The notes under the pieces were generated by a model that worked only from the letters and a program-made list of their open reading frames with translations, had not been told where the DNA came from and made no database searches. A DNA stretch of 60,000 bases from Mobula hypostoma (taxonomy: Eukaryota): contig NC_086097.1 of the NCBI RefSeq assembly GCF_963921235.1, positions 42,844,001 to 42,904,000 on the forward strand, given 5' to 3'. The translations under genes and the position numbers were made by a program. Within the stretch, counting starts at the first letter, position 1, and every line of letters starts with the position of its first letter. Positions 1 through 12,658 of the stretch are shown here, one piece after another.

Positions 1-715
1 ATGTCCTTATTCTTTTGTAGCTTCATCTATCATTTCTGGAGAGGTATCTTAATACAGGTTAAAGTGTTTCCCGTGAGAATATAGTTAAATAAATGTTAAG
101 CCCAGGTAAAATAGTATCACGAGTTTTCATTTCCCTTGATATTAACCTGAAAATCTTTCAGTCCTTTATCGTCCTATTCTCCCTTCACTTATTCTTTTCA
201 CCTTGTCTTAGTGTGCACCAGTTATCTGTCAATCAAAAGAGTCTGCAATAACATCAAGTTATTCCGTGTTTTCCACCATGCGAGATTTCCCGCCACAATG
301 TACATCAGTGTTTAACTACAATTTCCATTCTTACCACTTTCACTTTGTGTTGAAATCAAGACTCAAATGCTCTCAGCCTTTCCCAGAACATGAAAACTTT
401 GGAATTAGGCACCCCTTCCCCAAACTTTATGAAGTAAAAATATCCAATTTCATTTTTAGTTGCAATACTAAAAATCAGAAAGCCTGGCAATAGATAAACT
501 ATCAAGAAACGCAGATAAATATATTATTTCACTTTGACATTAAACTGCTGGAAATGCTCAAAATCACCCTGCTATCTATTATGGGATAGTTATTAATGGC
601 ATACAATACATTGTCCACAAAATACTAAGCCCACAAGAAGACAGAGAATACCAAATCAGGAAACAAATATAGAAATTTCACAGTGTTGAATAGTACACAA
701 ATAAGCCCTTAGTAG

Positions 716-878
716 CACCACACAAAATGCTGGAGGAACTCAGCAGAACCCCTTGGGTCTCGGCCCGAAATGTCGACTGTACACTTTTCTATAGATGCTG
801 CCTGGTCTGCTGAGTTCCTCCAGCATTGTGTGTGTGTTGCTTGGATTTCCAGCATCTGCAGATTTTTTTGTCCTTGTG
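716..878. mobile_element. Short Penelope-like (PLE) pseudo-LTR insertion with inverted 5' piece
   Basis: 11-bp direct repeat GCCCTTAGTAG at 705-715 and 879-889. CACACAAAATGCTGGAGGAACTCAGCAG is inverted relative to CTGCTGAGTTCCTCCAGCATTGTGTG. Partial hammerhead motif GGGTCTCGGCCCGAAATGTCGACT lacks the CTGANGA box. Confidence 0.8.
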
Positions 879-1066
879 GCCCTTAGTAGGCCCTCTAAAT
901 CCATGCCGATCATCAGGCACCCATTTGATAGCAATCCAACATTAACTCCATTTCATTCTCTCATCTCATCCTGTGAGGGAAAAAATGTAGCTATGAGGAA
1001 CATACACATGATTTGAATAAGCTTAGGGACAAGTTTGAGGTGTCTGCAGACAACATTAATGACCAA

Positions 1067-2425
1067 TATCAAATCACGAATTGTTATTGTCACATATTCT
1101 GAGGTCATTGTCATGCATTCCGTTAATACAGATCATTACACAGCACCGAACACAATTCGCACAATTTGATTGAGGTGCTTCGGCACGGAACTAGATCTCC
1201 AGCCATCAGCAGATGCAGTACTGAACTGGCCACCGGCTCCTGGACCAGCTTCACTCACCTCGGAGGCTCATGGCTGTGGACTCGCGTCTGGGGACTCTGC
1301 CGTTTGACATTGTGTGTTATTTGCTCACTTTTTGTTATTTGTGCGATTTGTTCTTTTTTCACACATTTGATGGCCTTATTATGTGGGGTCTTTCCCTTAA
1401 ACAGGTCCTATGGTGTTTTTTTTTGTTTTGTGGCTGTCTGCAAGACAAATCTCAAGGTTGAATACTGTATGTAGTACATACTGTGCTTTGATAATAAAGG
1501 CACTTTGAAATGCAGTGCAGATGGACATCAAGGTAAGGTCATAAGATAGATTGTCAGGTCAAGAGTCCATCTTACCATACCAGGGAATAGTTCGGTAGTT
1601 TTACAACAGAGGGGTGGTCTTACAACATCTTGATCTGGTGGTAGGTGCCTTCATATCTTCTGCCCAACAGGAGGAGGGAGAAAGTTTCTGGGGTGCGTTG
1701 AGTCTTTGATTAGGCTGGCTGTTTTACTGAGGCAGCAAAAAGTGTTTTCCGTGTCCATGAAGAGGAGGCTGGTTTCCATGAGGTGCTGAGCTTTGTCCAC
1801 TAGTCTCTGCAGTTCCTTGCAGTCACGGGCAGAGCAGATGCCACACTAAGTTGTGATGCATCCCGGTGGAATGCTTTTTATGGTGCATCAGTAAAAATTG
1901 GTGTGAGTGAAAAGGAACATGCCAAATTTCTTTAGCCTCTGCGGGAAGTAGGGGTGTTGGAGAATTTTCATGATCGTGACAGGGTATTGGTTATGTTCAC
2001 TCCTAGGAACTTGAAACTCTCAACCTCTGCAGTACTGATTCCAGGAGGAGTTGTGCATGGCTCCCCACCCCTTTCCTGAAGTCAGTAGCAAACTCTTCTG
2101 TTGAAGAGGCTGTTGTCATGACACCATGTTACTAAACTCTCCATTTCCTTCCTGCACTGTGACACATTGTTATTTGAACCACAGCCCACTACAGTGATAT
2201 AGATGGAATTAGAGCATTATGTGGTCATACCATCCAAGTAGAGCGGGGCGCCTGAGGGCACAGGTTTGTGCGGAACCAGTACTGAAGGTATTTGTGGTGG
2301 AATTGTTGCTGCCTGTCCTTACTGATTGTAGTCCGTTGGTCAGGAAGTCAAGAATCCAGTTGCAAAGTATGGTGTTGAGTCCAAGGTCCAGGAATTTGGA
2401 GGCAAGTTTGCTTGGAATTACATAG
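1067..2425 (-). mobile_element. Degenerate Rex1/Babar LINE 3' fragment, interrupted at about 1165-1510 by a + strand non-coding repeat with a Rex1-like 3' UTR
   Basis: Similar to the clearer Rex1 copies at 39.6k and 46.3k (e.g. GTCAGGAAGTCAAGAATCCAGTTGCA). No intact ORF. Confidence 0.6.
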
Positions 2426-3634
2426 CATCAGATTCAGACAACACGGAAACAGTATTGCCAAATATAATGTTTGCGAACTACCAGTGATGTTTTGACTATG
2501 AAGCAATATTAATTTAGCATACAGACAAGAATGGTGGGGGGGGTGTTACCATCAGTGCAAAATATTCCCCTTCATCATGACAATGCCACAGCAGAGTAAC
2601 AAAGCACCTTACTGAAAAGGCTTGTATTTGCAGATGGTTGTGGAGAATTACATTGTTATGGCGGTAGAGGGGTTAACAGGATATCTGAACCAAGCAGCAC
2701 AAGCAGTTTAGAATTGAATGACCCCTTTACTGATGTATTTTATGATTATAGATTTAACAATCTGCAATGCCCAACAGAAATTGTATCTAGTTGAGAGAAC
2801 ATTGGGTGCACTTGGTGATCATTTACACAAAGCAGGCTTTTCAATGGGATGGTCATCGGACTAGAAAGCCAGGCGGATCTGGTTACAAATAGTGAAGCAT
2901 CTGTCCATAAATTAATAAAAATACATTTTGAATATGCCCAGTTTCTGCCATTCATTAGCCTAAAATTGGGACTACTCATCTATAAGACCAATTTTCCTCA
3001 AACAAAACATTGCCATCTAATCTTCTATTCATGAAACAACAAACCTAAAACCGAAAATCTAATTTGTAAAATTTGGAGAGATCAGAAGCGACTACTTCTC
3101 CTAAACGGCAGAGAAAAATCTGCGGATTCATCAACCAACAGTAGTGACCTGTATGATCTAACAGAGTTGTTTCTTACACAAGAAAGAATTAATGAGTGCG
3201 CTGAGCTTAGCTGTTCTCTTATTATGTACACAAGAACACAGCCCTAGGAAATGAGTGTACAGTAATTGGAATCAGGAAAGAATTGTAGAAGTCTGTGGCA
3301 AGGACTGTAAAGACATCAATAGAATACAAATAGGACAATTGTGCGGGTAAGTAAAGATCAAAGTAAGAGAACAGTAACGTTACATATTCTTTAAGAGGGA
3401 AGCAGGACATTTTAATTGATAAGATAGGAAATGAAATGCAATGTTGTTGGAGCTTTGATATTGAGATATTTGAATCATTAATGATATAGATTATGTATCT
3501 AAGGCCATAAAAATGCAAAATCCTCTGTTGCAACACACACAACGTGCTGGAGGAATTCAGCAGGCCAGGAAACATCTATGGAAATAAATTAACAGCTGTC
3601 CTTTTGGGCCAAGACCCTTCTTCAGGACTGAAGA

Positions 3635-4986
3635 AGGATTGGAGGGAGTACTAAGAGACAGAATCTACAAGCATTTGGATAGACAGGGACTTATTAGGGA
3701 GAGTCAACATGGCTTTGTGCGTGGTAGGTTATGTTTGACCAATCTATTGGAGTTTTTCAAGGAGGTTACCAGGAAAGTGGATGAAGGGAAGGCAGTGGAT
3801 ATTGTCTACATGGACTTCAGTAAGGCCTTTGACAAGGTCCTGCATGGGAGCTTAGTTAGGAAAATTCAGTCGCTAGGTATACATGGAGAGGTGGTAAATT
3901 GGATCAGACATTGGCTCAATGGAAGAAGCCAAAGAGTGGTAGTAGAGAATTGCTTCTCCAAGTGGAGGCCTGTGACTAGTGGTGTGCTACAGGGATCAGT
4001 GCTGGGTCCATTGTTATTTGTCATCTATATCAATGATCTGGATGATAATGTGGTAAATTGGATCAGCAAATTTGCTGATGATACAAAGTTTGGAGGTGTA
4101 GTAGACAGTGAGGAAGATTTTCAGAGCCATTTGGACCAGCTGGAAAAATGGGCTGAAAAATGGCAGATGGAGTTTAATACAGACAAGTGTGAGGTATTGA
4201 ACGTTGGAAGGACAAACCAAGGTAGAATATACAGGGTTAATGGTAAGGCACTGAGGAGTGCAGTGGAACAGAGGGATCTGGGAGTACAGATAGAAAATTC
4301 CCTAAAAGAGGCATCACAGATAGATAGGGTCGTAAAGAGAGCTTTTGGTACATTGGCCTTTATTAATCAAGGTATTGAGTATAAGAGCTGGAATGTTATG
4401 ATGAGGTTGTATAAGGCATTGGTGAGGCCGCATCTGGAGTATTGTGTTCAGTTTTGGTCACCAAATTACAGGAAGGATATAAATAATGTTGAAAGAGTGC
4501 AGAGAAGGTTTACAAGGTTATTGCCGGGACTTGAGAAACTCAGTTACAGAGAAAGGTTGAATAGGTTAGGACTTTATTCCCTGGAGCGTAGAAGAATGAG
4601 GGGAGATTTGATAGAGGTATATAAAATTATGATGGGTATAGATAGAGTGAATGCAAGCAGGCTTTTTCCACTGAGGCAAGAGGAGAAAAAAACCAGAGGA
4701 CATGGGTTAAGGGTGAGGGGGGAAAAGTTTAAAGGGAACATGGGGGGGGGGCTTCTTCACACAGAGAGTGGTGGGAGTATGGAATGAGCTGCCAGACGAG
4801 GTGGTAAATGCAGTTTCTTTTTTAACATTTAAGAATAAATTGGACAGATACATGGATGGGAGGTGTATGGAGGGATATGGTCCGTGTGCAGGTCAGTGGG
4901 ACTAGACAGAAAATGGTTTGGCACAGCCAAGAAGGGCCAGAAGGCCTGTTTCTGTGCTGTAGTTTCTATGGTTCTATGGTTTTCTA
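3635..4986 (+). mobile_element. CR1 LINE, 5'-truncated; ORF2 RT fragment 3639-4787
   Basis: [33 protein letters not shown] and RPHLEYCVQFWSP motifs; 3' tail TTTCTATGGTTCTATGGTTTTCTATG; possible TSD TGAAGA (3629-3634 / 4987-4992). Confidence 0.93.
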
Positions 4987-5158
4987 TGAAGAGAAAGGGG
5001 GAAGATGCCAGAATAAAAAAAAGTAGGGGCAGAGGAAGGAGGACTCTCTAGAAGATGGTGGGTGGGAAAGGTAAAGGGCTGAAGAGGAAGGAATCTGACA
5101 GGAGAGGGGAGTGGATCGGACCATAGGAGAAAGGAAACAGGGTGGTGGGACACCAGTG

Positions 5159-5669
5159 CAGATATCCCACCCTGCAAAAACTCATTTCAGGGAGGTAGCA
5201 CCATCAACTTGAGGGAGACTCGCGGAACTTCCGGGAGTGGTGGGATGTCTGCAATAGAGTAGCTCCTTAGCAGCTAGCCAGCTAGTTTAAATAACGTTAG
5301 CTATGCTAATGAATGAATGACACCTGTTAAACTCACCTCAACATGTCTTTTACAGTCTTAACCCACCATGGGCAATAGAAAAGTCACTGTTGGAAACAGT
5401 GCAGCGAGCAACACTGTCATTATTTTTGACCCCTATTAGGCAGGGGTACACTTCAGTGTAGTCTGGGGTGATGTACCTTTTATACTTTCTTTTTTTGGAA
5501 CACTCTGCCATGGCACGTGCTCTCTCTCCCTCTCTCACGCCCGCACTCCCACTCTAAAAATTTTTCTAAAAACCGATTTCCAGGATATTGTATATAATTT
5601 GCGGGCATCACGGAGCCACTATCAATATGCGGGAGACTCCCAGAACTTCAGGGAGCGGTGGGATGTCTG
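5159..5669 (-). mobile_element. Non-autonomous hAT-like DNA transposon with BED-type zinc-finger remnant
   Basis: Termini CAGATATCCCACC / GGTGGGATGTCTG (inverted, 1 mismatch), flanked by CCAGTG on both sides (5153-5158, 5670-5675). Minus-strand peptide YPCLIGVKNNDSVARCTVSNSDFSIAHGG resembles transposase N-terminal zinc fingers. Confidence 0.72.
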
Positions 5670-7131
5670 CCAGTGGGAGGTGACAGGCAGGTGATGAGAA
5701 GAGACCTGAGTGAGGAATAGCAGAGGGTAGGGGCGGAAAGGGAGGAGAAATCAATGGCTATGCCATCAGGTTGAAGGCTATCTATGTGTTGCTCTCCACT
5801 CTGAGAGTGGCCTCTTCATGGCCAAAGAGGAGACTGTGAAATGACATGTTGGAGCAGGAATGGGAATGCTGGGCTACCAGGAAATTCTACTTTTGGTGGA
5901 TGGAGTGGAGGGGCTCAACGAAATGGTCACCCAATTTATGCTGGGTCTCACCAAAGCCGAGGCGGCCACATTGGGAGCGCTAGATACAATAGAAGGCCCC
6001 AACAGATTCAGAGGTGAAGTGTTGCCTCTGTTGTCTACATATGGACATGAAGTGTACAAAAGATGTGACACATAGGAGCGAATAAGTAAGATTACTCATT
6101 TACGGCGAGTCTGAGAAGCCAGATGGCCACTCTACACCACAATATTCTATATTCCTATGACTTGTGCTTCGATCACCTTTCAATACTCTTAAATTGTGGT
6201 TGTAAAACAAGTATTTATTAAAACAAAAGTATGAAAATGTGAATGGCAAACAAATAAATTTACTACTTCTGGTTTTACATTTCTGCTCTTCAGATTCAGT
6301 AAACCTTGACTCCATAACAACAAAGCTTTTCCTGAGCCTTATTTTATTACTATCTTCAATATTTATAGAAGGCTGCTACTGAGCCCCAGCACCTTCACCC
6401 TGTTCAGAGCCATCGTCTTGCAGCAAGCTGTGTTTCACTCAGCTTGATATTGATTCAACCCCGTTTGCAGCTGATCAGAGTAACTCCTCGCAAATGCTCA
6501 AGACCAACATATTAAATTACAAACTGTTGCTCAAAATGGGTAATGCACTTTAATGAAGGTTATTTTCATGTAAATCATTTATTTTTCCTACACAGTATTT
6601 CTGTCCTGCATACATTTTATATTATACCAAGTAATATGCCAAAGACAATAAAAATTATTATTCCAGCTCCACCTAAATAGAAATTAATTTACATTTTTTG
6701 GGCCCATCACTGGTCATCTATTCATTGTAACAACATCAGTTTAGTCATGCTAAAAAGATTCAAATGCGTACTTATTTATTTTACCGTCAACTATGTGAAC
6801 ACAATTTTATTGCATGAAGGGCATTTCCCCTTCATTAGGTTCTGTGTTATGAAATCTCATTGCACTGTCAATCTTCATTCTAGCTGTTGCCAACAATTCT
6901 TGTATGAACAGCTTTGACATTTACCTCTGTTCTCAGCTGAAGGAAAATCTCTCTCTGATCCAGGAATCAATGTATAGTGAAGCAGAAAGGTGATGCTGAG
7001 CTCCACTGTTGCAAAACATCGTAATGAAGCACCATGATTCCTTGTCAATACACCTCATGTAGCATTTTCTTCAGGCATTCCAGTTATGGGAAAACTGCAC
7101 AAAATAACAATCTTCAAACAGAATCTCATAT

Positions 7132-7231
7132 CCCTTCCTGACGAAGGGTCTCAGCCCAAAACGTCGACTGTACCTCTTCCTGGAGATGCTGCCTGGCCTG
7201 CTGTGTTCACCAGCAACTTTGATGTGTGTTG
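7132..7231 (+). mobile_element. 100-bp PLE pLTR fragment with hammerhead motif (GAAA box mutated to AAAA)
   Basis: CTGACGAAGGGTCTCAGCCCAAAACGTCGACTG; flanked by CTCATAT (7125-7131 / 7232-7238). Confidence 0.75.
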
Positions 7232-7789
7232 CTCATATTGAATAACTGTGCATAAATAATAAATCAATTGCATGTTAAAGAAACAATGAAGAAAAAGTTC
7301 TCGAAAGCTTAACAATGAAATATTACAGTGATTATATTTTGTCTTTTTCTTGGCGATCAAAGATGACCTGTTTCTACCCCACTTCGATGGGTTCTGAGAT
7401 GGTTGGTGATGTGGGTCCGTGGTCACTGATGCAGTTAGGGCTGGATGTGCTTGGTGGGACAGACAGGTGAATTGTTTCAGTGGAGCAGCCCTCCCACCAT
7501 TCACATGGGGCTTCAGTGTACTCCTGATAAATGGGTTTGATGCTCCCAATGCCACCCCAAACTGTCCTTCTCCACTTCTAGTCCTCATGGTAAGGATTCA
7601 CACAAGTAAGCAGGGGTAGTACATTTTTTGCCAAGGCGGCCTTGAAATCATGCCTCTGGTCACCTGTTAATCTTCTGCTGTGATGAAACTCATTATAGTG
7701 TCCATTTTTGGGCATCTGTTATCATGCATGTGACCCATGTATCCACCCACTGGTGTTGTAGTGTAATTGCAGCGTTGCCAATAGCAAGG

Positions 7790-7920
7790 CTGTGATATAT
7801 TGCATTCTGCATTCAGTGTTCAAAAAGTACCTCTATCGTGGAGAGGTTCAAACACAGACTGGGCAATCACTTTGAGGAGCACCTGTGCTTGGTCTGTAGG
7901 AGAGACCTTAAGCTTCCATA
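7790..7920 (+). mobile_element. Highly degenerate Penelope GIY-YIG remnant
   Basis: GTGATATATTGC...AGACTGGGCAATCACTTTGAGGAGCACCTG matches the VIYC...RLGDRFAEHL segment of the other PLE copies. Confidence 0.55.
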
Positions 7921-8133
7921 CTTAACATCCGGGCAAACAGACTGTCTTCCTGGCTGTAACAGACCTGATCATCTCCGACTATCACCCATCTGTGATCTTT
8001 GCTCAGTCTGGCCTGCTAGATATGACACATCACTGCTAATTACCTAACATTACACAAAAAAAAACAATCTGATTCTTATCACCACATTAGCTCAATTGGT
8101 CTCAGTCTATCAGAGGCACTCCCTTTTCTTTAC

Positions 8134-8379
8134 TCAAACACGAGGAAATCTGCAGATGCTGGAAATTCATTCCAGCAACACACACAAAGTGCCAGTGAAT
8201 GCAGCAGGCCAGGCAGCATCTATAGGAAGAGGTACAGTTGAAGTTTCAGGCCGGGACCCTTCATCAGGACTAACTGTTTCAGCTCCTGATGAAGGGTCTC
8301 AGCCCGAAACGTCGACTGTACCTCTTCCTAGAGATGCTGCCTGGCCTGCTGCATCCACCAGCAATTTTTGTGCGTGTTG
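8134..8379. mobile_element. PLE insertion made of two inverted pLTR ends, each with a hammerhead motif
   Basis: TSD CCCTTTTCTTTAC at 8121-8133 and 8380-8392. Minus motif at 8235-8271; plus motif with CTGATGA at 8286-8292 and GAAACGTC at 8306-8313. Confidence 0.85.
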
Positions 8380-8544
8380 CCCTTTTCTTTACGCATCATT
8401 TCTACATCTCCGCGATGTGTTTTCTCTTTCCCAATCCTAGTGAAGGAATCTGAACCATTAACCTATTTTTCTTTCCAGAGATATTGCCAAGTCTTATTTT
8501 TTTTAAAGCACTTTGTTTATATTTCATCTGTAGATTTTTTTTCT

Positions 8545-8758
8545 AAACACGAGATTCTGCAGATGTTAGAAATCTTAAGCAACGCACACAAATTGATGGA
8601 GGAACTCAGCAAGTCAGGCAGCATCTATGGAGGGGAATGCAAGTTTGTACTCCTCCACTTTCTATCTGGCTCTGCCCCCACTCCTGATGAAGGACATCAG
8701 CCCAAAACATATTCTTCTCCATAGGTCCTGCCTGTCAGCATCCTGTGTGTGTTGCCAT
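8545..8758. mobile_element. Older inverted PLE pLTR pair
   Basis: AAACACGAGATTCTGCAGATG...GGAGGAACTCAGC followed by a + strand CTGATGAAGGACATCAGCCCAAAAC...TGTGTGTGTTGC. Confidence 0.65.
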
Positions 8759-9180
8759 ACTTTTTTCTGATTCTCAATGCTTAGGCCTGAGAGAGGAGGC
8801 TAATTCTGGTTTCATTATAGTCCCTGTGGTGGTATTTCTCCAGTGCTTTGAGGTTCCTGCTGTAGGTAATTTGCATCTCAAAGCACAGTTGAGGGCAGGG
8901 ATCACAGCAGCTTGGTAGAACACAAGCTTTGTGCTGGTTTTGATGTCCAGATTTCAGATGGGTTTTACTGTAAATAACCTAAGGAATTGCAAGAAAGTAG
9001 GTCAAATGGATTGTGATAACTTTAAAGGGGTCTGTCAACCTCAAGGAAATTCAACACCAGGATCTTACACCACCACCACCTCCCTGTGGCTAAAAAAAAA
9101 ACTGTTCCCCAAATTGTTCATGTAAGAACAGACATGACCTTCATCGTGAAATGGAAAGAGAACATTAAGTGCAAATAAGC

Positions 9181-10100
9181 ACAAAATACTCTGCAGATGC
9201 TGGGGTCAAGGCAACACTCACAACATGCTGGAGGAACTCAGCAGGTCTGGCAGCATCCGTGGAAACGATCAGTCAACGTTTCAGGCCAGAACCCTTCAGC
9301 AGGACTGAAGAGGGAGGGGACAAAGGCCCTATAAAGATGGTGGGAAGGAGAAGGCTGGTAGGTTCCAGGTGAAAACGAGTAAGGGGAAAGATAAAGGGAT
9401 GGGGGAGGGGAAGCAGGGAGGGGATAGGCAGGAAAGGTGAAGAAGGAATGGGGGAAAAGAATGGGTAGTAGAAGGAGGCGGAACCATGAGGGAGGTGCTG
9501 GGGGAGGGGGCAGAGTGAAATAGGGATAGGGGAAGGGAGGGGAAGGGAATTACCAGAAGTTGGAGAATTCTATGTTCATACCAAGGGGCTGGAGACTACC
9601 TAGACGGTATATGAGGTGTTGCTCCTCCAACCTGAGTTTAGCCTCATCATGGCAGATGAGGCCATGTATGGACATATCTGAATGGGAGTGGGAAGCAGAG
9701 TTGAAGTGGGTGGCTACTGGGAGATCCTGTCTGTTGTGGCGGACGGAACGGAGGTGCTCGACGAAGTAGTCCCCCAATCTGCGTCAGGTTTCACCGATGT
9801 AGAGGTGGCAACACCGGGAGCACCGGCTGCAATAGATGACCCCAACAGACTCACAAGTGAAGTGTTGCCTTATCTGGAAGGACTGCTTGGGGCCCTGAAT
9901 GGTGGAAAGAGAGGTGGTGTCGGGACAGGTGTAGCACTTACGCTTACAGGGATAAGTGCCGGGTGGGATATCCATGTGGATCAGGGAGTCGCGCAGGGAC
10001 CGATCCCTGCGGAAAGCAGAGAGGAGTGGAGAGGGAAAGATGTGCTTAGTGGTGGGGTCCTGTAGAAGGTGCCAGAAGCTGCGGAGGATAATGTGCTGGA
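9181..10100 (-). mobile_element. Penelope-like element, 5'-truncated: GIY-YIG endonuclease remnant, 3' UTR and pLTR
   Basis: PGTYPCKRKCYTCP...FTCESVGVIYC...LYIGET and EHLRSV...VATHFN peptides; 15-bp TSD TAAGTGCAAATAAGC (9166-9180 / 10101-10115); mutated hammerhead motif at about 9270-9306. Confidence 0.9.
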
Positions 10101-10645
10101 TAAGTGCAAATAAGCTTTTCCTACTGAGGTTGGATGAGACAAGAACTAGAGGTCAAGAGTGAAAGATTAAAAGGGGACATGAGAGGGAACTTCTACATTC
10201 AAAGGGTGGGTGAGAGTGTGGAACGAGCTGCCAGCAGAACTGTTCAAGAACAAGTTTAATTCTCATTCAGCCATACACATGTATACAGTGAAACGAAACA
10301 TCGTTCTTCCAGACTCAAGATGCAAACCACAATACATAGAGTCACATGCAGAACACACAGCAATGATCGCACAAACAGCAACAGAAATAATATTGGAACG
10401 AATGGTATGGCCCAAGGATTGATGATGCATGGGAACTTGCACTGGAGCCACATTTCTATAAGAGCAAGTACATGGTGGATGCTGGTTCAGTTTCAACCTT
10501 TCAGAGAAATTTGGACAGGTAGATGTTGCGACAGGTATGGAGTGCTATGGTCTGGGTGCATGTCAATGAGACCGGGCAGAAGAATAGTCTGGCACAGACA
10601 AATGGATGGACTGAAGGTCCTGTTTCTGTGCTGTAGTGTTCTATG
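10101..10645 (+). mobile_element. CR1 3' end fragment with a short internal insertion (about 10242-10450)
   Basis: GTGAGAGTGTGGAACGAGCTGCCAG and a 3' end CCTGTTTCTGTGCTGTAGTGTTCTATG like the CR1 at 3635-4986. Confidence 0.7.
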
Positions 10646-11359
10646 ACCCTGTGACTTTAATTCTGAAACCAAGAGCTCAGAGAAAGAGCAAGAAGAAAGT
10701 TAGAAATTTCTTCTCTTGTTGGGTAATAAATCTCTGGAATTTCCTGCTCCAGAGAAAAGACTCAGATGTGGAACTTGGGCCAGCGTAACTCTGCTCTGAT
10801 CATATTGCAGAGCCTGATGGCCCACTCCTGCTCTTGTTTTCCTGCATTTTTATGTTCTTGTGTTCCAAGTTCAAATATAGAATTTGAGAGTAGTTTTAAG
10901 ACTTGCACTTATTAACCTCAACTTAAAATGGAATTACTACTGATAGGTTTAAATTTCTTCCTGCTATTTAGTGGGTCAGAGTTCAGGGTATGAGTCTTCA
11001 AAAAAAAATGGAGAATGAAAGAAGATACTTACGACTAATCTAATTATCTTAGTTTAAATGCTAATAGTATAAAATAAAAAGCAAGCAAACCTTCTGCACA
11101 AATTATTTTAAAATGCATGCAGATACTCCTTCATATCCTTGACTTCCTGTGGATGTCTTTAGTCCCTCAAGCATGACCTGCCACTTCGTTAAACATCTCT
11201 AAACTTCAGATTTATAACAACTAATTGATCTAACAGTTACTATTTGATGATCCAAATTTCTGCCATAAGGAAGATTTTTCTAATTTCATTCCTGAAGGGC
11301 TTGTGCTATATATATTTTTTTTCCAGTATGCATCCCAGTGCTCAACTAACTAAATGTAC

Positions 11360-11650
11360 TGTCACAGAATTGAAACAGACCCTTCAGCCCAACTTGTCCA
11401 TGCCAGCCAAAGCTAGTCCCTTCTGAAACTAGACCCATTTGCTTACATTAGGCCTGTATCCCTGGACACTTCCCCTATTCATAGTAGTGTCCAACTATCT
11501 TTTAAGCATTTTAATTACATCTTCCTTTACCACTTCCTCTGACAGATTGTTCTATGCACCCACACCACACTGTGTGAAACACTTAACTCTTAGGCCTTCT
11601 TTAAATGTTTCTCCACTTACCGCAAACTTGTTCCTCCACTTTTTAAAAAT
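11360..11650 (-). mobile_element. Degenerate CR1 3' fragment
   Basis: Homologous to the reverse-complement CR1 ends at 40.7k and 56.7k. Confidence 0.5.
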
Positions 11651-12658
11651 CTGACTTAATGTTGCAAAAATTTATATTCACTGAAATTTAGAACATCAAA
11701 GGAGAACTGGAATTATATCATCTTTTGATATCTAAATACTTAGTAAATAAAACACTCATTTCCTTTATCCTCATTTAGTAAATAGCTTTCTTTATTTTGT
11801 CTTACCTCGCTTACTAATAACATCTGTTTACAAGAGGCAAGTCTCAACCAATGTTGAGATTCAGAAAAATAAGCTTAAATTTCCACTGGAAAAGTAATAG
11901 ACATTAAGTGAAAATCTTAAAAATGGAGTGAAATGAGGACATCGTGTTAGACTGTACACCATCCCTGCCTTGTATTCTGTGAGACAGATATCCGAATTTT
12001 AAAAAAACTTGATTCATCATGATTTATGATTTGATCAGCATCATTTCTTTCCAATTGTATTCTGTAAAGTATAATTGATGAGGAAGAGAAAATTGAAACA
12101 GACAATCACTCAGACAGTTCAACATGATTTACTGCTTCTTAATTGTATTTTTTTTATTGGAAGCGCCTTCCATGAATTCACCTTTAAGTTTACACAGTCT
12201 GTCATCGTTATGGTAGTTCAGATACCTTTTAATGTGGTTAAGATCCAAGAGGAGATCTTGCAATGATGTATTGTTCCAATGACTGATGCTCTTAAAGACA
12301 TGAGTTTTTTTTAAACATACCACTCAGCCCATTACCAAAGAAATTGCTTAAAATATTTGAGACTGGTTTCTGGATGATCCAAATTAATGTACAAGTAAAC
12401 ATACCAAAACTATGATTAAATGTATTCATTGTTCCATTTTTCACAATATTGAGTCTTGACAATTCAATGCATTCCTCATTCTACCCAGCATGACTGAGTC
12501 TACTGCTCACATCCTAGCTCATATAAAGATCCAAATTTGCTAACCTATGCCCAGGATAAACAATGGCTGTATTTTAAAATTTTCAATCTCATTTTCAAAT
12601 TTTTCCATGGCTTTAAGTGCTCTCCACTGTACCCTGCTCAATTCCTTTAACCCTCATA

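Larger units (their letters stand above)
3510..6030 (-). mobile_element. Penelope-like element 3' portion, host to a CR1 and a hAT-type insertion
   Basis: pLTR at about 3510-3634, purine-rich UTR at 4987-5158 and 5670-5750, degenerate GIY-YIG coding remnant at 5760-6030 homologous to 9550-9900. Confidence 0.7.

Noticed and set aside
7350..7770. Possible host exon (145-aa minus ORF region)
   Set aside because: The ORF runs through a PLE fragment, the region looks like an old LINE remnant, and there are no convincing splice signals or known motifs.
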